Assembly (NCBI GenBank): GCA_030390025.1
Contig: CM059425.1
Location: 164,674,001 to 164,738,000 of the forward strand
Reading direction: 5' to 3'
From: Squalus acanthias
Taxonomy: Eukaryota
Length of the DNA stretch: 64,000 nt
The position numbers and the translations under genes were made by a program. Position 1 is the stretch's first letter. The number at the start of each line of letters is the position of its first letter. This document shows positions 13,505 through 27,120 of the stretch, in pieces. The notes beneath the pieces were generated by a model. The model searched no databases and was not told where the DNA came from. It was given only the letters and a program-made list of their open reading frames with translations.

Positions 13505-13930
13505 TTATTCATTCATGGGATGTGGGTGTCGCTGGCAAGGCCAGCATTTATTGCTCATCCCTAATTGCCCTTGAAAAGGTGGTGGTGAGCCGCCGCCTTG
13601 AACCGCTGCAGTGGTTTCTTACAACTGAATCAACCACATTGCTGTGGGTCTGGAGTCACATAAAGGCCAGACCAGGTAAGGACGGCAGATTTCTTTCCCT
13701 GAAGGACATTAGTGAACCAGATGGGTTTTTACAGGGTGAACAGGGTACTGCAGATAGGGACTCTAGACCACTACAATACCTACACAGTATGACTTTGCCA
13801 CTGGAATACTACAGGCAAGGCTCTTAAATTCCCCAGCTGCTGTGGTGGGATTTGAACTCATGTCTCCGATCATTATTCAAGGCCTCTGGATTACTAGTCC
13901 AGGAACATAACCACTATGCTACCATACCCT
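13505..13930 (-). mobile_element. tRNA-derived SINE with family-B LINE tail (SacSINE1/DeuSINE-like), disrupted by an 85-bp templated insertion
   Basis: Tail gggatgtgggtgtcgctggcaaggccagcatttattg at 13517+. Pol III B-box-like gggatttgaactc and A-box region taaccactatgctacc at 13847-13925. Confidence 0.75.
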
Positions 13931-16259
13931 ACAGATCAGATCCTGCACTCAGCTATGTTGCTTTTAGGAAATATCAAGCACAGACAAGTACCTCTGCACA
14001 GGGACATAAGGAGGAAAAGTCAGGGAGAGTATGTATCTCCGCCCACTCCATGGACATTCTAGTGGCTGACTCATGCCGCATTGGTAGAGGTCTAAGAGCA
14101 GTTCACCCACCCTCTTTGGTGTAAGTGATATGTGACCAAATGAATCAGTTAGGGAAGGAAAAGTTGAGCAGAAATTAGAAAGTAACATCTTCAATAATGC
14201 TTCACTGGAAATTAGGTGGAGAAATGAGGTTGCCTGATATGTAAAGTTGAATAAAATTTTCTTGATATAATATCAATGCTCTTTCATCCACTTAAAAACG
14301 CTAGATATTTTACACACTTCAAACTTAGTTCCACATTGCCCCAAGAGGAACAAAATCTATCCTGCGTGGAGTATAACTGAACTTCCTATTAAAAAAGGCT
14401 GGCTTTTCTGCCATCTGGAATTTAAAGTGATTTTATATACCAGAATATTTTCAATTAGAAATTGATTCCATCAAGTCTGCTGGTAGGTTACACAGACTGG
14501 AAAGACAAGTAGATGGTTGACAGACCAGCTACCATGAAACTGATGGGATAAATTAATTCAGTCTGAGCTGTCCAGGTTGTACATCAAGGCTACACTCTTT
14601 CTCCCCACCCCACCCCACCCCAGTCTTTCAGCTGTATACATGTTGAAATAATTAAATTTTGAGTGCAGTCTGCTGCTTGATTCCATAATGATCTCATCCT
14701 AATTAATTTTCTTTTTCATGGGCATTTAATTAAATTACAGTAACCTGGTTACTGATGGTCATTGCTGATTCAAAACAAAGGCCAGTGTTTAGCTCAAAAC
14801 ATCTTGACCTCCAAGGTCCTGAACGTCCTCACAACAAACAAGAGTAGCCACAATGGAAGTACTGTAGGCTGTAAACATCAATACGTATAACATTGTTTGG
14901 ATTCAGTTATTTCTAATTTGAAATAGTCTCTCTAGAAATAGTTTGTGCTTTATTTTCATATCCCTGACTGACTACAGCCTTTTATCTTCCAGCTGCTAGT
15001 GCTACTCTGGCTGACTGGGTGTATTAATGTAGTGCTCACTTTGTTGTGGTGGCTACATTGATCTGGTTCTGGCCCAGGCATCTGACTCTAATTCTGGGGA
15101 CCTGACCCCTGCTTCCCAAATCCCATAGTGGAGCAATATGCTAATACAAAGTGCTGCAGCTAGCAACCTGACTCAAACTGATCAAATCTGTCACATTAGG
15201 ATATATTTTCTGCTATTAAAAAAACATTCTCCCCATTACCATTTGCTAATTGAAGCATCAGTGAGTATAAATGCTAATTACCTCAGTCTTATGGGTGACT
15301 GTTCAATAGGACTTGGTTGGCTGGTTTTCTGCAGACAAGACCATCAGGACTCGCCTGCAATAGATGCTCACTTCCCACCTACTGTCTTAACCACTTAACT
15401 GGTCAAGTAATGGCTGGCCATATTAATCCAAGCTCTGAAGAGTGCAAAATTGAGCGCAGAATTGAATTTTTTTTCAGCCGGATTCGCTAACTGCCATTTC
15501 CAGATTATGAAAAAGTGATTTATAGATTTATGGCATTAGAACCAAAGTGTTTGTCCCTACATGTGTAATCTGTCTTCTGAGTTTCAAAACCAAGAAAATG
15601 AGATCAAACTAGAAATTTGAATTTAAAAATTTTGTGCACATTGTCTACTTCTATTTGTATTAAATTATATTTAAACTAACTTTTTGGTTACTTCTGACCA
15701 CCTTTGTCCTTGTAATGTATTTAAATAACCAAGCTGTGAGGTTTTCAGTGAGGGAAAATGAAATCTACAACTGGCTTTTCAACAGTTGACTACTCATCTG
15801 TTTCAAAGAATTGGGAAGGGAGTGCTGCTCAGTTGGTTGGAGATGGTAAGTGCAATGCTGTAAATTTTTAAAGCACCATTGGTTGTTGGTTGGATGAGCA
15901 CTTAGTTTGCCTGGAGCCTGTGCTCGTGGGCCGCACCCTCCTGTCAATGCTGACACTGAGCCAGTTAATGTATTGCAGCAAATTCATTTTGAATACACGC
16001 ACTGCCAAAACTTCCAGGAGATTATGGCTGCGGGAGTGGAGGGAGGGAAGTAGTGTTTATGGTCATGATGCTCCAGCCATCATGGTATGGGGCAGGCTCA
16101 ATGAACCAGCTGGTCTTTTCTTGCCTGTTAATTTTGCATGTTCATAAAACCTGCTCCTTTGTTGATTTTGCAGCTGAGCTAATTGCTACTGTCTCTCTAA
16201 GTTCCCCCTGTGGAAAACGGCTAAATCTTTCTCTGAAGGCTTGTAATCATTAAATATAT

Positions 16260-16280
16260 ATGTGTGTGTGTGTGTGTGTG
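16260..16280. repeat. (TG)n microsatellite
   Basis: About 10 consecutive TG units. Confidence 0.9.
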
Positions 16281-17700
16281 CGTTAAATGGTGGTGGAAAT
16301 GTTGCTAGGACTGTTGCCTGTTTCCTAGCAGTTGAGTCTACATGGCTTGTTCTGCTCTGCAAACAGACCACATCAAATAGATCTATTTTAAGGAAGTCGG
16401 TGAAGGGAGGAAGCACCGTGGCCATTTTAAACAAATTGAAGTTCTGTCATTTTGAAGTTTGCTACTGCACTACTGTTTTTTTAAAAAAAACGCATGGGTT
16501 GTTTTCCTTTTTTAAACAAAACAACAATGTAGTCACCATTTAAGCATCTTCAATGCAACATGTACATCATTCACAGCAATAACATGTTTTAATTTTTTTT
16601 AATTGTCTATGTAAACTCTTAATGGAATTAGCTTCTCATAGTTAATTTGGCTTTTTTTATAGCTTTTTTGAGCATGTAATTATCTAATATATTAGATTAT
16701 AAGGTTTGGACCTTCAAAAAGTACACGGGATGGTTCCATTCTTCCTTGGTATCTTGGTTTAGAGCAAAGTATGGAAGAAAAGGAGCCTATTTGCAAATAC
16801 AAAGTGGTGTACTCCACTCAAGAATAAAGAGCAGCATCCCTATCGTGTATGTGGGTGAGAAATAGCTTGGTATTCACACTTGCTTTGTTCCAGGCTTGTG
16901 GTTTTGTATTTGAGTTGTGTGGTTCATCTGCTGGCTAGAATTTTGTGTTAGTTCTTAATTGATTAGAACAGAATACAATTTTACCTCTGGCAGACTGGTT
17001 GAAAAAAGCTTAGAGTATCACTGCCTATTAGGTCTGCCTCCTCTCAGTTAGGTCTAGTACAGTACTGACGGCTGTTAATGTAGATGCTATTTTCAGGTAT
17101 TGGGTAGAAAGGCACTTTGGCCAGATTGTACCTTTTTTGAAGGAGAAAAAAGAATCTAACCAACATTTTCCACTCAACACCCAATATTCCATAAGCCAAC
17201 TAAAAATTTACCACCTGAAACTATCAGAGATAAGTCACTTGAACTCTGCAAACTTATTTTTCCACTCAAAGCAAGAAACCGTGGGAAGTGGTACTGAAGC
17301 AACATACACAGTGCAAACTACATTTTTCCTACCTGACATTTAATGTTTTGGTGAAACAGTTTAATAATTTACTCGTGAACTTCAAGGAACAAAAAAGAAA
17401 TGCACGCAAGATGGCCATTAAATGGGATCATAGATAATTGCCAAAAAATTAAAATGTGCCTAAAGTTAGGTGATGTGTTGATGACTGTTGCAAGCTTATT
17501 AATGACCTTTGATGTGTTGAGGCAAAATAACGCACACAATTTTACGGTGTTGCACAGCAATGACTTTCTCAAAGAAAAAGACCTTGGCATAACTAGCTGT
17601 AATATTTCACCATCTGGAGTAGGGACCTGGTGCCTCTTCTGACTATACTGATTCTAGTGGGTGTTCCATTTTTGCTTTATTTTGTGAACTAACTGAAAGC

Positions 17701-18143
17701 AAAACTTGCATTTATATAGCGCCTTTCACGACCACCGGACACTCAAGTGCTTCACAAAGTACTTTTGAAGTGTCGTCACTGTTGTAAGGTAGGAAACGCG
17801 GCAGCCAATTTGTGCACAGCAAGCTCCCACAAATGGCCATGTGATAATGACCAGATAATTTGGCTTTATTTTTAGTGATGTTGATTGAGCGATAAATATT
17901 GGCCAGGACATTGGGGAGAACTCTTGCTTCAAAATAATGCCATGGGATCTGTTATGTCCACCTGAGAGCAGACGGGGCCTCAGTTTAATGTCTCATCCGA
18001 AAAACGGCATCTCCGACCGTGCAGCACTCCCTCAGTACTGCACTGGAGTGTCAGCCTAGATTTTTGTGCTCAAGTCTCTGGAGTGGGACTTGAACCACAA
18101 CCTTCTGACTCAAACGAGAATGCTACCAACTGAGCCACGGCTG
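17701..18143 (-). mobile_element. tRNA-derived Deu-domain-like SINE with L2 tail
   Basis: L2 tail complement aacttgcatttatatagcgcctttc, body gcagcactccctcagtactgcactggagtgtcagcctaga, and tRNA head gggacttgaacc...tgctaccaactgagcca. Confidence 0.8.
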
Positions 18144-18334
18144 GGCTGCACTGGCCATTCCATATGTACATATTGTATAATGTTCAAGCAATTATATCTA
18201 CTATAATTTGCTTCTCATGATTGATATTTGAAATTCTTGTATTATCTTTTTGTGATCTGTGTTCTTCAATAATGCATAACCTGATTTTAAATTAAACAAT
18301 TTTCCCCATCTGCTTCAGCAACTAAAAATGATTA

Positions 18335-18747
18335 AATTATGAGGACAGGTTGCATAGACTAGGCTTGTATTCTATTGAGTATAGAAGATTAACCGGTGAA
18401 CTTATTGAGTTTAAGATGATTAAAGGATTTGATAGGGTAGATAGAGATGAACTATTTCCTCTGGTGCGCAAATATAAGTGGGCACAACCTTAAAATTAGA
18501 GCTACGCCATTCAGGGGTGGAGTCGGGAAGCACTTCTACACAGAGTAGTGGAAATCTAAAAAGCTCTCCCAAAAATCTGTAGCGTCTAAGTCAATTGAAA
18601 ATCTTAAAACTGGGATTGATAGATTTTTGGAAAGTTAAGGGATATGGAACCATAGTGGATAAATGGAGTTAAAATACAGATCAGTCATATATTTGAATAG
18701 CGGAACGGGCTTGCGTTTTTGAATGGCCTACTCCTGCTCCTATGTTT
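18335..18747 (+). mobile_element. Older CR1 3' fragment
   Basis: YEDRLHRLGLYS-like start; 3' UTR ends gaatggcctactcctgctcctatgtt. Confidence 0.8.
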
Positions 18748-20890
18748 AGATTCAGAACAGATCTAGCAGCTCAAAGTTGGGCATCCATGAGGCGCTGTGG
18801 GCCATCAGCAGCAGTAGAATTGTATTCCACAACGATCTGTAACCTCATGGCCCGGCATATTCCTCACTCTACCATTACCATCAAGCCAGGGGACCAACCC
18901 TGGTTCAGTAAGGAGTGTAGAAGAGCATGCCAGGAGCAGCACCAGGCGTACCTAAAAATGCGGTGCCAACCTGGGGAAGTTGCAACCCAGGACTACATGC
19001 ATGCTAAAAAGTGGAAGCAGCATGCTATAGACAAGGCTAAGCGATCCCACAATCAACAGATCAGATCAAAGCTCTGCAGTCCTGCCACATCCAGTCGTGA
19101 ATGGTGGTGGACCATTCGACAACTAAGGGAGGAGGAGGCTCCATGAATATCTCCATCCTCAATGATGGTGGAGCCCAGCACATGACTGCAAAAGAAGGCT
19201 GAAGCGTTTGTAACCATCTTCAGCCACAAGTGCCGAGTGGATGATCCATATCGGCCTCCTCCTGAGGTCCCCACCTTCAGAAGCCAGTTTTCAGCCAATT
19301 TGATTCATTCCATGTGATCTCAAGAAACGGCTGAGCGCACGGGATACAGCAAAGGCTATGGGCCCCGACAACATCCCGGTTGTCGTGCTGAAGACTTGTG
19401 CTCCAGAACTATCCGTACCTCTAGCCAAGCTGTTCCAGTACAGCGACAAAACTGGCATCTATCTGACAATGTGGAAAACTGCCCAGGTATGCCCTGTCCA
19501 CAAAAAGCAGGACAAATCTAATCCGGCCAATTACCGCCCCATCAGTCTACTCTCAATCATCAGCAAAGTGATGGAAGGTGTCGTCGACAGTGCTATCAAG
19601 CAGCACTTACTCACCAATAACCTGCTCACTGATGCCCAGTTTGGGTTCCGCCAGGACCACTCGGCTCCTGACCTCATTACAGCCTTGGTCCAAACATGGA
19701 CAAAGGAGCTGAATTCCAGAGGTGAGGTGAGAGTGACTGCCCTTGACATCAATGCAGCATTTAACCAAGTGTGGCATCAAGGAGCCCTAGTAAAACTGAA
19801 GTCAGTGGGAATCGGTGGGGGGGGGGGGGGGGGAAACTCTCCACTGGCTGGAGTCATACCTAGCACAAAGGTAGTGGTGGTTGGAGGTCAATCATCACAG
19901 CCACGGAACATCGCTGCAGGAGTTTCTCAGGGCAGTGTCCTCGGCCCAACCATCTTCAGCTGCTTCATCAATGACCTTCCCTCCAACATAAGGTCAGAAA
20001 TGGGGATGTTCGCTGATGACTGCACAGTGTTCAGTGCCATTCGCAACTCCTCAGATAATGAAGCAATCCATGCCGGCATGCAACAAGATCTGGACGACAT
20101 TCAGACTTGGGCTGATAAGTGGCAGGTAACATTCGCGTCACACAAGTGCCAGGCAATGACTATCTCCAACAAGGGAGAGTCTAACCACCTCCCCTTGACA
20201 ATCAACGGCATTACCATTGCCAGATCCCCCACCATCAACATCCTGGGGGTCACCATTGACCAGAAACTTAACTGGACCAGCCACATAAATACTGTGGCAA
20301 CAAGAGCAGGTCAGAGGCTAGGTAATTTGCGGCGACTGTCTCACCTCCTGACTCTCAAAGCCTTTCCACCATCTACAAGGCACAAGTAAGGAGTGTGATG
20401 GAATACTCTCCACTTGCCTGGATGAGTGCAGCTCCAACAACACTCAAGAAGCTCGACACCATCCAGGACAAAGCAGCTTGCTTGACTGGCACCCCATCCA
20501 TCACCTTAAACATTCACTCCTTCCACCACCAGTGTACCGTGGCTGCAGTATGTAGCATCTACAAGATGCATTGCAGCAAATCGCCAAGGCTCCTTCGGCA
20601 GCACCTCCCAAAACCCGCGACGTCCTTCTTGATGCTAGAGAAGGGCAGCAGGCGCATGGGAACACCATCTCCAAGTCACACCATCCTGACTTGGAAGTAT
20701 ATCGCTAATCCTTCATCGCTGGGTCAAAATCCTGGAACTCCCTCCCCAACAGCACTGTGGGAGTACATTCACCACACAGACTGCAGCGGTTCAAGATGGC
20801 GGCTCACTACCCCCTTCTCGGGGGGCAATTAGGGATGGGCAATAAATGTTGGCCTTGTCAGCGACGCCCACATCCCAGGAATGAATAATA
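18748..20890 (+). mobile_element. CR1-clade LINE (family B), 5'-truncated, about 2.1 kb, RT pseudogene
   Basis: ORF 19358-20389 has GPDNIP, NPANYRPISLLS, QFGFR, ALDI, GVSQGSVLGP and MFADD, with frameshifts and stops around it. The tail gggcaattagggatgggcaataaatg...cccacatccc ends in an A-rich repeat. Confidence 0.9.
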
Positions 20891-21319
20891 AATAGTGGAT
20901 TCTTCCACATCGCCACGGTAAACACAACAGGGTGCCATGATCATAATACTTAGCACCTTGTCACATTAAAAGTAATTTATTGTGCAATATTTGAGACATT
21001 TCCAACTGCTTATGATGTGCATTGTAGGAAAATGTTTTTTGGTTAAAACAGAATCTAGAAGGAGGCCGTGGTCACTTTACCCCCAGAACAATCTGTAATG
21101 GTTTGAAGAACCAATTGTATCCGAGACCAGCAACGAAGCCCGTGAACTTGTCTCTGCAGTCGGATGACAGAATGCACAGAAAAGGATACTCCATGACATT
21201 AACAAATGTTTGAGGAATAAATCAAACAGATTATGCTAATGCTGTCCCTTCTGTCTACACACCACAGTTCTAGAGCCCACAAAAAAACACTTGCCCATAT
21301 ATATCAGAGAAACAGAGAA

Positions 21320-24300
21320 TGAACTTGCATTTAGAGTGCCGTTCATGACCTCCGGATATCACAAAGTGCTCCACAGCTAATAAAGTTCTTTTGAAGTGTA
21401 GTCACTCTTGCAATGTAGGGAAATGTAGCAGCCAATTTGTGCACAGTACAAATGTGTCGATGCTTAGAACATGGCCTTGTCATAACCAACACCTTGTTCT
21501 GTCAGAGAGACAAGTACAAGGCTTCATGGCAGCACCCTCGCTCCAAGCACTGGCATCTGCTGTACTACGTCATCGTCCAAGCGAGGGACCGCAAGATAGT
21601 CCGCATCACCCACGCCATGACGGGAGCTGACGACTGCTGGACAGACCACCGCCTAATCCGATCTGTCAACTCCATCAATGTAGCCCCAAAATAGCAGCGC
21701 CAACAGAAACAATGCCGCAGGAAAATTAACGCTGGAGCACTCCAAGACCCCGCTAAGAAAGCCCTATTCAGCCTGTGCCTCAAACAACCTGACGACTCCC
21801 AGTGATGCAAAGACACAGAGTGCTCACAATGCCTGGTCTGCACTCAAGGCCTCCATAATCAGCACTTGTGAAGAGACGCTCGGTCACTCGACCAGGAAAC
21901 ACCAAGACTGGTTCGACGAGAACGACCAGGAGATCCAGGAGCTAATAAGGCGCAAGGCATTCCTGATCTGGAAACAGCAACAGAACTCGAGAGCAAGAAA
22001 GCAGCTCTACAGATGCCTGAAGGCCGAGGTCCAACAAAAAACTCGCGACCTAAAGAACAGATGGTGGGTGGAGAAAGCGGAGATCCAGCAGCTAGCCGAC
22101 AACCACGACGTGCGTGGATTCTTTAGCGCAGTCAAGACCATCTACGGCCCAAGGCCCTACCCCACTGCGGGCCAAGAACGGAGAGGTACTCAGCAAGGAC
22201 AGAGAGGCAGTCGGTGCCCGCTGGAAGGAGCACTTCGAAGATCTCCTTAACCGTGACTCTGTCTTCGAGTGTCCTCAACTCCATCCCGCAGCATGCTACC
22301 CGCCACCATCTCAGCACAACCCCAGCCCGGCATGAGGTTGAAAAGGCCATCCGACAACTGAACAACAAGGCCTCAGGAGCAGATGGAATCCCCGCTGAGG
22401 CACTAAAGCATAGCGGAGAAGCACTACTGTCGCGAATTCATCAACTCATTTCTCTTATATGGAAGGAGGAGAGCATGTCAGGGGATCTCAGACGCTGTAA
22501 TTGTGACCATCTTCAAGAAAGGTGACCAGTCCGATTGCGGTAATTAGAGGAGTTTCCCTGCTGTCTGCCACAGGGAAAGTCATTGCAAGAATCCTCCTCA
22601 ATCGCTTTCTCCCAGTGGCCGAAGAGCTCCTCCCAGAGTCGCAATGCGTATTCCGCCCACTAAGGGGCACAATGGACATGATCTTCACCGCACGTCAATT
22701 ACAAGAAAAATGCAGGGAACAGCACCAACTGCTGTACATGGCCGCCTTTGATCTCACAAAGGCCTTCGAAACTGTCAACCGTGAGGGATTATGGAGTGTC
22801 CTCCGCAAATTCGGCTGCCCTCAAAAGTTTGTCACCATCCTCCGCCTGCTTCATGATGACATGCAAGCCGTGATCCTGACCAACGGTTCCACCACAGACC
22901 CAATTCACGTATGAACCGGGGTCAAGCAAGGCTGTGTCATCGCACCAACGCTCTTCTCGATCTTCCTTGCTGCAATGCTCCATCTCACCCTCCAGTAAGC
23001 TCCCCGCTGGAGTGGAGCTAATTTACAGAACAAACGGGAAACTGTTCAACCTCCGTTGCCTCCAGTCCAGATCCAAGGTCGTCCCATCCTGTCATCGAAT
23101 TACAGTATGCAGACGACGCTTGCATCTGCGCTCACTCGGAGGTCGAACTCCAAACCATCGTCAACACCTTCACCGACGCGTACGAGAGCATAGGCCTTAC
23201 ACTAAACATCCGTAAGACAAAGGTCCTCTACCAACCTGCCCCGCCACACAGTACTGCCCCCCCATGATCAAAATCCACGACAAGGCCTAGGACAACGTGG
23301 ACCACTTTCCATACCTCAGGAGCCTACTGTCAACAAGGGCAGACGTTGACTAAGTCCAACACCGCCTTCAGTGTGCCAGTGCAGCCTTCGGTCACCTGAG
23401 GAAGAGAGTGTTTGAAGACCAGGACCTCAAACCCGGCACTAAGCTCATGGTCTACAGAGCAGCAGTGATACCCACCCCTGCTGTATGCCTCAGATATGGA
23501 CCATGTACAGCAGGCACCTCAAAGCACTGGAGAGGTACCACCAACGCTGCCGCTGCAAGATCCTGCAAATCCATTGGCAGGATCGGCGCACCAACGTCCG
23601 TGTTCTTTCTCAGGCCGACATCCCCAGCATCGAAGCTTTGACCACGCTCGATCAGCTCCGATGGGCGGGTCACATTGTCCGCATGCCCGATACGAGACTC
23701 CCAAAACAAGCGCTCTTCTCGGAGCTCCGACACGACAAGAGAGCCCCTGGTGGGCAGAGGAAACGCTTCAAGGACATCCTCAAAGCCTCCTTGAAAAAGT
23801 GTAATATCCCCACCGACACCTGGGAATCTCTGGCCCAAGATCGCACAAAGTGGAGGAGAAGCATCCGGGAAGGCGCCGAAATCCTCGCGTCGCTTCGCCG
23901 GGAGGAAGCGGAAGCTAAGCGCAAGGAGCGCACGTCAACCCAAGCACCCCACCCACCCACCCGCCCCTTCAACCACCGTCTGCCCCACCTGTGACAGTGA
24001 CTGTAGGTCCCGCATTGGAATTCAGTCACCTGCAAACTCATATTTTTAATGTGGAAGCAAGTCATCCTCGGTTCCGAGGGACTACCTAAGAAGAGGAGCA
24101 AGGTCCCACAAACCGCAATGAGATAAATGATCATTTATATGTTTTTCGTGATGCTGGTTGAGGGATAAATGTTGGCCAGGACCCTGGAAGAACTCCCCTG
24201 CTTTTCTTTTACATCCACCTGAAAGGTAGATGAGGCATCTCATCTGGAAGACGACATCTCTGAGTGCATTACATCCTCGGTACATACGACACTGAAGTAT

Positions 24301-24350
24301 CAGCCTACACCCTTCTGACTCCTAGGTGAGGATGCTACCACTGAGTCACG
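21320..24350 (-). mobile_element. L2-tailed SINE split by the RTE insertion (halves ~21320-21447 and ~24098-24350)
   Basis: The left half ends gcagccaatttgtgcacag and the right half resumes caaggtcccacaaac. These two are contiguous in the intact copy near 17801-17833. Confidence 0.7.
21450..24097 (+). mobile_element. RTE-clade LINE, 5'-truncated, about 2.65 kb, frameshifted
   Basis: Endonuclease end (GLVITNTLF...SWQHPRSKHWHL...DCWTDHRLI), RT (KASGADGIPAE, FDLTKAF, GVKQGCV, QYADD) and RTE C-terminus (QLRWAGHIVRMPDTRLPKQAL...GGQRKRFKD). The tail ends aagaagagg. Confidence 0.93.
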
Positions 24351-25224
24351 TGACAGAGGCTAAATAAACTAGTGCAAATTGTCTAATGTGCCTTCAATCA
24401 TGTGCATAAAGATCTGAGTAATCTTCTTGATATTTTGTTGTTGTAGGCTCACTCTTGTCAATGTGCTGCACTTTTTGCAAAAAACAGAAATTGCCTTTAC
24501 TGCTCTGAAATGTCATTTACACATGGCATCAAGTGGCAGACTGCGAAAGAGCCTTGAGAAATATTAGGGTTATCGTCCATTGGCACTCCATTCTGAGGAT
24601 GACCCTGTAGGGGTTACCTCCACTGAGATTTTCTTTCAGAATGTTAATTACCTTATTAGCAGCTTCCACTTAAATAGTTACATATTTGAATAATGCATTG
24701 AATTAATCTTTTGTCAAATTAAGCAGTTTTTCCATGCAAGATTTATCACTTGTACATTTATCACTTATATATATTGAATGCAAGTCTTGCAACTTTTAAT
24801 CACTTTGCAATGAATATATTTTGCTTCAAATATGTTTGTCCGGTGTTGTCCCTTTCTTCACTGGAACAATGTTTATTTTACTTTTACATTTTTTTAATTG
24901 ATTTAACATTATTACAACCAGTTGTGTGCCAATTATACAATTTCTGGAGTCAACTGCCATCTGTGGCCCTGTTGTAGACCATGGGTCACTCTTACTGAAT
25001 ATGTGTAGCAAATGGTTTGGATTGTACAGTCTGACAAATTTAAATTATATTCCACACGTGTATTTTGTAAGTGTTTGTCTCTAGTAATGCAACAATTTTA
25101 TTGACTAGATTTATGTTACAGATCTTAAGCACTTGGCAATGTATGAAAGGCATTGGTTTACTACTATTGCATTTAAAATGAAAATGCTTGCATTTTTCAT
25201 AATAAATCTAACAATTTTTCTTTT

Positions 25225-25925
25225 AAATTTGAGGGAGCCAATGCAGGTTAGAGAGGACATGGGTGATGGGGAATAAGACTTGGTGTGGGATAGGATACAG
25301 GCATAGAGTTTTGGATGAGCTGAAGTTTATGAAGGGTGGAGGATGTGAATGTAGAGAGTGAAGATTAGGAAGCTGGCCTAGAGATTGGAATAGTTGAGTC
25401 GGGAGGTGACAGGCATTGTAGTGTTTCAGTGGCAGATGGACCGAGGTGGAGATGGGCAATGTTGCAGAGGTGGATGTAATTCTTTGTGATGGAGAGGATA
25501 TGGGTAGTGTAGTTGATTGTGTCGAAGACTGTAGAGGTCAAAGAGAACTGGGAGTGATAATGTACCACAATCACAGTGAATGTCATTCGTAACTTTGGTT
25601 ACAGCTGTTTTGGTGCTGTGGGAGGGCAGAAACTTGATTGGAGCATGCAAATGGAGTTGTCGGAGAGATGGCCACAGACCTGGAAGGCAACATGTTCAAG
25701 GACTTTGGAGAGGAAAAGGAGGAAGAGTGGTAATTTGCAAGGATAGGGGGGTCGAGGGTAGTTTTGTTTTAGGAGGGAGGTGATGATGCTGGTTTTGCAA
25801 GGGAAGAGATGGAAATACTTACAATGTCAGCTAACTTTGGAGCCAGGAAGCAAAGTTTGTTGGTCAGCAGTTTGGTGGGAATGGGGTCAAAGAGAGCAGG
25901 AAATAGGTCTCTGAGGTAATTTTCT
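25225..25925 (-). mobile_element. L2 LINE fragment, deleted
   Basis: Minus-strand HSTKTAVTKVTNDI and ITHVLSNLHWLP remnants. Confidence 0.75.
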
Positions 25926-27120
25926 GAATTTGCTCTCCGAGGGGAGAGTTTCACTTGCAATTGAAAATTCTGGGACACCAAGTGATTTTCTGACCAAAAT
26001 GGTTGGAAAATCCTGTACAGCATGTGCTGAATTTCTGATCTGCATTGCCAGTAAGTAAGACTCCCCACCAGACATGGGAAGTTGAAAAATTACCCCTTGT
26101 AAAGCAAGTAAACAAAGGAAGGACAGTGCAGGAAAGTATACAGTCAGCTCTCCTGGAAACTAAGGTTTGCTCCAATTTCTCAAGTAGCCAAAATCCTGTA
26201 AAACATTTACTGATACCTGGAAACTAGTCTTACTATATTTGATTGCTTGAATCTGTTTGGAAGGTAGCAAGTTATATTAGTCAAAACTGCAGCAATAATG
26301 CCAATGGGAGGGAGTAGAAAGAATAAGTAACACTTTCCAGATGAATAGACAAATGTGCTGCGTCATTAGAGCAGTCATGTGTTCCTGGCACAGGCGCCCA
26401 ATGTGGCTTTTTTTTGGGAACCTATAAAGCTTTCTGTTCCAGCCACAGTAAAAGTAGAACATTATTTGCTAAAATTTGGGTTTTTTTTAAGTTTAAGTGT
26501 AATAACAGACCACCTCACAATGCATTGTGTAGGTTCTTTTCCAGAATTCAGCTTCCAAAATGGGCTACAAACAGATGCATGCTTTTTTCAGTCAGAAATA
26601 AAATGTGTGTTATGAAAAGAAAAATCAAGGGGGCGATTTTCCCAGCCCCGAGGAGGCGGGTCAGTTGGGAAAATCGCAAAAAGTGAGGGCAGGTTCGGAA
26701 CCCGCCTCCGCGCAATTTTGCCGGAGGCGGGTTTGATGGGTGCAATTCGGTCCCGCCTCCATCAGTCGGGAGAGGTAGTTAAGGCCCTTAAGTGTTTAAG
26801 GGCCTCTATAATCCTATTTTGCCAGGCCTTTGTTATTTTACCACATTTTCAGCGTGTTCCACGATCCTCCTAAACCACACCAGCTAATCCTGACGGGTTG
26901 ACAAGTGGGTGGCCTCCTCACAGCTGCAGCTCCACCATTAAAACGGAGCTTTCAACAGCGATCAGTTGCAGGTGGCAGAACTTTTGTTGCACAGGTCTTT
27001 CGGCAGGCCTACTGAAGTCGGAGGTGCTGCAGCTTCTATCTCTCAACTGTGGGACCTCCTTGGAAGACCCTCTCCCCGCTTGGACTGAGCGCTTCCCCAA
27101 CGGAGGTGTCTGCCAGCAGA

